Source: a virus (lineage: Duplodnaviria > Caudoviricetes). Taken from it: a stretch of 47,793 nt of DNA. A model generated the notes under the pieces. It worked only from the letters and a program-made list of their open reading frames with translations, was not told where the DNA came from and searched no databases. Location of the stretch: IMG/VR virus record IMGVR_UViG_3300033407_000970, positions 1 through 47,793 of that record, one strand, 5' to 3'. Made by a program: the position numbers and the translations under genes. This document shows positions 43,785 through 47,793 of the stretch, in pieces. How positions within the stretch are numbered: the first letter of the stretch is position 1; the number at the start of each line of letters is the position of its first letter.

Positions 43785-44119
43785 TGGCGGAACACCGAGC
43801 CCACTCGAACATTTGGCAGATCATGACGTTCGCCGTCGTGTTGTTCGCTTCGGTCACGCTGGTAGTCGCTTCTTATGTGTGGAACCAAGACGCAGTTGAG
43901 AGGGACCGCATCGCACAAATTCGCGATCAGGACAATTCGGAACTGCGGGTCCGCACATCTCAGGCGCAGGCGTGTACGATCGTCTCCGGCATCGTTGCAG
44001 TGTTGATTACTGAAGGCGATGATCGGTCCAACGTGGACATCCCGGGGATCACCAACCGATGCTACGCCGCGCAGGGTATCCCACAGTACGAGATCGACGT
44101 GCCGCAGAACGAAGGATAA
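43784..44119 (+). CDS. Single-pass membrane protein (lysis-module accessory)
   Basis: TGATG overlap; N-terminal TM helix; two Cys. Confidence 0.65.
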   Translation: MAEHRAHSNIWQIMTFAVVLFASVTLVVASYVWNQDAVERDRIAQIRDQDNSELRVRTSQAQACTIVSGIVAVLITEGDDRSNVDIPGITNRCYAAQGIPQYEIDVPQNEG

Positions 44120-44122
44120 CCC

Positions 44123-44560
44123 CTAGACGTTGAGCTGATCAGCCTCCGCCTTCCATTGTTGCCGCAGGCGGCGACGCTTGGCCGCCTCGCATATGGAGCA
44201 GTAGCGTTGTCTCGCATATGTTCGGTCGTAGGGGTGGCCTTGCGGGCAGTGGGTTTTGCGGGCGTTGATGGCGGCCGGACTCTTAGAGTCCTGTAGGGCG
44301 TTCTCGCGGGGGGTGAGCAGTTCTAGGTGTTGGGCGTTCACACAGTGACGGTTACCGCATTTGTGGTTGACGAACATTCCCTTTGGGATCTCTCCGTGGG
44401 TCAGGTACCAGCCGACACGGTGGGCCCGACGGTTCTTGCGGCGGAAGTAGAACGACCCGTATCCATCCTTGTCGAGATGACCGGTCCACAGGTGGCAATC
44501 GCCTTCACGGCTTATCTTGGTCGCCCATCTGTCCAACTCTTGTTCCGTCATGCGCTGCAT
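44123..44560 (-). CDS. Free-standing HNH homing endonuclease
   Basis: CHLWTG...GYG, AHR, NHKCGNRHCVN..HL...T..EN, KTHCPQGH, CSIC. Confidence 0.9.
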   Translation of the reverse strand: MQRMTEQELDRWATKISREGDCHLWTGHLDKDGYGSFYFRRKNRRAHRVGWYLTHGEIPKGMFVNHKCGNRHCVNAQHLELLTPRENALQDSKSPAAINARKTHCPQGHPYDRTYARQRYCSICEAAKRRRLRQQWKAEADQLNV

Positions 44561-44584
44561 GGTCATCATGATACTATAGGCCCG

Positions 44585-44860
44585 GTGAAACCAGTTCGCA
44601 TCCGCCTCACCCTCCTCAACAACGGCTCGTACGGTGGCCTCCACCATCCCGGCAGGTGGGCCGGATGGACCGTCCAACGCACCCAACCCGATTTGACTGT
44701 CGTCCGGTTCCACTCGCCGAGACGCGGCGAAATCTTCGACCAGATCACCCTCCGCGACCTACTACCCGAATGGACCGAACGGTTCGATGGGTTCGATTGT
44801 CCTGACGGGATATGGGTTGAAGCCACCCTCCCGGTCGTCGGCAGCCTGTTCGCCGTATGA
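44585..44860 (+). CDS. hypothetical protein
   Basis: TACTAT 7 nt upstream of GTG. Confidence 0.5.
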   Translation: MKPVRIRLTLLNNGSYGGLHHPGRWAGWTVQRTQPDLTVVRFHSPRRGEIFDQITLRDLLPEWTERFDGFDCPDGIWVEATLPVVGSLFAV

Positions 44861-44910
44861 GCTCGAACCGCCGCCGGTCACGTTATCTCATGATTGCTAG
44901 CATGATGCCT

Positions 44911-45672
44911 ATGGCATGGCGGCTCGCAGCTTCACTTGACACGCTCCGCACCCAAATCAACACGGCGTGGCCCGACCGGAACAAGACCAGCGACGGCACC
45001 ATCGGCGACACCACCCACCAAACCCGCGTATCTGACCACAACCCCGACCCCGGCGGGGTGGTCCGAGCGTTCGACGTCACCCACGACCCGACAGCCGGCG
45101 CCGACATGCACGTCGTCGCCGAAGCGCTCCGCCAGTCACAAAACCCCCGCATCAAATACGTGATCTGGAACGCCCGAATGTACTCGTCATATGCCACGTC
45201 GACAGCCGACCCGTGGACGTGGCGCACATACAGCGGCTCTAACCTGCACACCCGGCATATGCACGTGTCAGTGGTCGCCGACGACCGCGCAGACAACACC
45301 GACCCCTGGACCATCACGATTGAAGGAGCCGACCCTATGGCACACAAACACACGCCGATGCCCGACCAGTTGCCCAACTCGTGGGCTGACGGTGAATGGG
45401 AACAGTGGGTGGTCGATTCGGGTACCCGTTCCGACTCTCGGGGGTGGACGTTCTACCGGGAAGATCTCGGCTGGGTGTGGACGCGGGTGTTGCGGCCGAT
45501 CCGGGAGACGGCGAACACTGCCAAGACAGGGGTGACGAACCTGGCGAAAGCCGTTTCTGTGTTGACCGGTCGGGTCGACAAGATCGAGGCTGCCGGGGCG
45601 GGACCGTTGACTGAGGAGCGGGTGCGGGAGATCGCCGCAGCAGAGATCGCCCGCCGCATCCTCAACAACTAG
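44911..45672 (+). CDS. Endolysin (Zn peptidase, M15-like)
   Basis: SDGTIGD..H...SDHNPD..G.V.A.D, YVIWN, W..Y.G.N.H..H.HVS; holin follows. Confidence 0.82.
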   Translation: MAWRLAASLDTLRTQINTAWPDRNKTSDGTIGDTTHQTRVSDHNPDPGGVVRAFDVTHDPTAGADMHVVAEALRQSQNPRIKYVIWNARMYSSYATSTADPWTWRTYSGSNLHTRHMHVSVVADDRADNTDPWTITIEGADPMAHKHTPMPDQLPNSWADGEWEQWVVDSGTRSDSRGWTFYREDLGWVWTRVLRPIRETANTAKTGVTNLAKAVSVLTGRVDKIEAAGAGPLTEERVREIAAAEIARRILNN

Positions 45673-45708
45673 TAACCTATGCACGTAGCTACTACGAGGA
45701 GTCCAGCG

Positions 45709-45888
45709 ATGGGCAAGTATGCGAAGGCGATTGCCGCTGGCATCGGCGCGGCGGCCACGTATCTGATCGGTGTGATCCCGGCGGAGGGGTCGTTCGAAGC
45801 GGTGAACACGGTCCAGTGGTTGGGGTTGATCCCGGTCGTGCTGGCGGTTTACGGCGTGACGTGGGCGGTGCCGAACCAGACTGAATGA
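45709..45888 (+). CDS. Holin-like two-TM protein
   Basis: YAKAIAA...W.......L...GV.WAVPN; GAGGAG SD. Confidence 0.75.
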   Translation: MGKYAKAIAAGIGAAATYLIGVIPAEGSFEAVNTVQWLGLIPVVLAVYGVTWAVPNQTE

Positions 45889-45944
45889 TGGTCTGGTAGT
45901 GTGCCGCCGGTAATGTCCGGTTCGAGGGGTTGAATCGGGTCGAC

Positions 45945-45976
45945 AGGACACCCCCCACCCTGGTGGGGGGTGTTTT
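45945..45976. terminator. Terminator between convergent genes
   Basis: acaccccccacc / ggtggggggtgt inverted repeat followed by T run. Confidence 0.75.
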
Positions 45977-45979
45977 GGT

Positions 45980-46471
45980 TTACCGTGTGGGATGCGTTTC
46001 TGACAGTAGGTCCACCGTCTGCGGCCAATCCGCGACCGCGACCATCCGATAACACGACCACTGCGACCAGCCGTACGTGTCCTGTAGCCACGCTGCCAGT
46101 CGGGTGGACTGTTCCGGGTCGTTCGGCCCGGCCGGATACGGGTCAAGCTCGTAGCCGGACTGTGCGGTCGCCCACCCCCATGTGGACTTGAGGAACTGCC
46201 AGCCGCCCTGCGCACTCGAGGTGGGGTTGTCCGCGGTCGGATCAAACCCGGATTCGCAGGAGAGGATGCTCATGGCCTGGTCGTGTTCCCCGTCGTCGAA
46301 CCACCGGCCGACGAGGATCGACCATTCTTCGGGGGTGTCGACGGGGTTGGTTTTGATGGGGCCGGTCAGTCCGTGGGCGGGGGTTGTGATGAGCATGGTG
46401 AAGAAGATGGCGATGGCGATAGCCGCTGCGATGAACGCGGCGACGTCTTGTTGTCTGGGTGTGAGTGGCAC
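45980..46471 (-). CDS. Exported lytic transglycosylase (SLT/lysozyme-like)
   Basis: N-terminal signal/TM; CES, A.NP.SSA.G..QF...TW, DP......A..L, GW..W.C. Confidence 0.82.
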   Translation of the reverse strand: MPLTPRQQDVAAFIAAAIAIAIFFTMLITTPAHGLTGPIKTNPVDTPEEWSILVGRWFDDGEHDQAMSILSCESGFDPTADNPTSSAQGGWQFLKSTWGWATAQSGYELDPYPAGPNDPEQSTRLAAWLQDTYGWSQWSCYRMVAVADWPQTVDLLSETHPTR

Positions 46472-46544
46472 GACGGAACCTCCGATGGGTTGGTGTGCGG
46501 TGCCTGTACGTTAGCGTCCACCCGATCAGTTATCACGAAACTAC

Positions 46545-46573
46545 TTGACTTGTCGGACATGATGGCCGATACT
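46545..46573 (+). promoter_or_regulatory. SigA-type leaderless early promoter
   Basis: TTGACT-N17-GATACT, ATG 6 nt later. Confidence 0.65.
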
Positions 46574-46579
46574 GTGGGT

Positions 46580-46780
46580 ATGGCAGCCACCGACATCACC
46601 CGCCGACTCGTCGCCATCATCTGGACCACCAGAACCAACATCGACTTCGACGGCTGGCTCGGCGACATGTCGGACCTGCTGTCGTCACACGAAATCGCCG
46701 ACCGAATCACCGAAGAGATCCCCGAGATCACCTTGTCGGCACGTACCATCCGACGGTGGCTAGAAGGGAACCGAACATGA
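46580..46780 (+). CDS. HTH DNA-binding protein (Cro-like position)
   Basis: SSHEIA.RI...LSARTIRRWL; first gene of the rightward operon. Confidence 0.7.
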   Translation: MAATDITRRLVAIIWTTRTNIDFDGWLGDMSDLLSSHEIADRITEEIPEITLSARTIRRWLEGNRT

Positions 46781-46902
46781 CCACCCGAACCGACTACACA
46801 CCCGACCCGGTGGACGCAGCGTTCTACTTGTACCGTCGCCTTTTGGTGGCGCAGTGGGTCGACGAGTTCTGTGACCGTCTCGAAGCGGAAGCCGCCGCAT
46901 GA
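46777..46902 (+). CDS. 41-aa hypothetical protein
   Basis: ATGA overlaps on both sides. Confidence 0.5.
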   Translation: MTTRTDYTPDPVDAAFYLYRRLLVAQWVDEFCDRLEAEAAA

Positions 46903-47057
46903 CCAGCACAATCAGACGGGGCCGCGTCACCCGCGACCCCGCCCAACCACCACGACAACACGAAAGGAACGTGATGGAGACCCAACCATACCCCCGCCCA
47001 GACACCCTGACGAGCTTCGTCGAGGTCCGCCCCAACGTGTGGGTGAGACCACGATGA
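46899..47057 (+). CDS. 52-aa hypothetical protein
   Basis: ATGA overlaps on both sides. Confidence 0.4.
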   Translation: MTSTIRRGRVTRDPAQPPRQHERNVMETQPYPRPDTLTSFVEVRPNVWVRPR

Positions 47058-47290
47058 TCTCCGTCGCCAACGTCGCCGGCCGCATGCTGCACCGGCTCAT
47101 CTCTGTGATCTCCCCGCTTCCCGAAGAGGCCGACGTGCTTCTCGGGGAGGCGGGCAGTCTCCCGGCCGGCACCCTTCCCCACCCACTCCCCCCAGAGGGT
47201 GCCGGTCGGGGGGTCGCTTCATGGTACGGGCCAGAGCGTGCCGAGATGATCGCGCGCTATATCGGCGAGAACGAAGGGACGGTGGACTGA
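47054..47290 (+). CDS. hypothetical protein
   Basis: ATGA and TGATG coupling. Confidence 0.5.
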   Translation: MISVANVAGRMLHRLISVISPLPEEADVLLGEAGSLPAGTLPHPLPPEGAGRGVASWYGPERAEMIARYIGENEGTVD

Positions 47291-47793
47291 TGACCGACTT
47301 CACGCCGATCGTCGACGCCATCCGCGCCGCCATGCCCGAGGTGGCAGTGCCCGACGGCATGGACGTGGGCCTCAAGTTCACGAGCCCGGTCCAGATCACT
47401 CACGGCGGTTTCGCCTGGCCGAATCCGGGCGAGTGGGCCGAATGTCCAGAGGACGAATGGTCGGCTCGACTGTGCACCAAGGGTGGGTTCCATGCTGCGA
47501 CGACCATCTACGCTGCACAGTCGGGCGGACATCGTGCCACCCACGCCATGCTGGTCGCCTGGCATCCGGCAGAGGCGGCGACCGATCCAGCCGAATCGGG
47601 GAAGGTGAAGGCCCGACGTGTCCTTTCGTTGGCCCGGATTGACATGCACGGCCTGGGCCGGAGCGGCGCCTTTACCAGGGCGGACCTCGGCGGGGCGGAC
47701 CTCGGCGGGGCGGACCTCTCCGGGGCGGACCTCTCCGGGGCGGACCTCTCCGGGGCGGACCTCCGCCGGGCGGACCTCTCCGGGGCGGACCTC
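47290..47793 (+). CDS. Pentapeptide-repeat protein (truncated by window end; not in ORF track)
   Basis: Open from ATG 47290 to the end; C..GG.H...GKVKA N-domain then ADLGG/ADLSG/ADLRR repeats. Confidence 0.85.
   Translation, partial: MTDFTPIVDAIRAAMPEVAVPDGMDVGLKFTSPVQITHGGFAWPNPGEWAECPEDEWSARLCTKGGFHAATTIYAAQSGGHRATHAMLVAWHPAEAATDPAESGKVKARRVLSLARIDMHGLGRSGAFTRADLGGADLGGADLSGADLSGADLSGADLRRADLSGADL
47680..47793 (+). repeat. 15-bp tandem repeat (core gcggacctc), 7 full units plus a partial eighth
   Basis: Units start at 47680, 47695, ... 47785; encodes the pentapeptide repeats. Confidence 0.9.

Larger units (their letters stand above)
1..47793. mobile_element. Tailed dsDNA phage genome (siphovirus-like, probable actinobacterial host), near complete
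   Basis: Ordered terminase, portal, protease, capsid, tail tube, tape measure, tail tip and lysis genes; high GC; no host housekeeping genes; no integrase seen. Confidence 0.95.

Noticed and set aside
1-47793. Genome-wide TGA reassignment (code 4 or 25)
   Set aside because: TGA is the normal stop of many clear genes with ATGA/GTGA overlaps; only the 12573 TGA shows site-specific readthrough signs
47680-47793. CRISPR array
   Set aside because: 15-bp tandem units without unique spacers, in frame as pentapeptide repeats; no cas operon

Overview
The window looks like a nearly complete high-GC tailed dsDNA phage (siphovirus morphotype) of an actinobacterial host. It begins exactly at an ATG and breaks inside a 15-bp tandem repeat. 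Layout: (i) 1-9.8 kb, early/accessory genes (intein-containing DNA methyltransferase, VRR-NUC nuclease, many small Cys-rich ORFs, SWIM protein, PD-(D/E)XK nuclease, gp3/RDF-like protein, SLOG protein, DEDDh exonuclease); (ii) terminase small and large subunits, an AAA helicase and an iteron-like array; (iii) a head-tail module resembling mycobacteriophage cluster B (portal with MuF-like tail, protease, separate hexamer and pentamer capsid proteins, tail tube, adaptor, frameshifted tail chaperones, tape measure, Dit, tail tip), repeatedly interrupted by accessory genes; (iv) lysis genes and the start of an early operon. I see no integrase, DNA polymerase, tRNA, rRNA or CRISPR array. Highlights: a candidate phage selenoprotein (ATG-GGT-TGA followed after 11 nt by a SECIS-like hairpin) next to a CxxC paralog; a terminase intein whose HNH endonuclease is overprinted in another reading frame with its own leaderless promoter; a glycosyltransferase plus O-methyltransferase island matched by a shared C-terminal Ser tail on five virion proteins; two distinct promoter/translation-signal classes; a C-rich to G-rich sawtooth within genes; and a promoter-terminator unit with no ORF (small RNA). 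All family calls come from motif recognition by eye, not from database searches.
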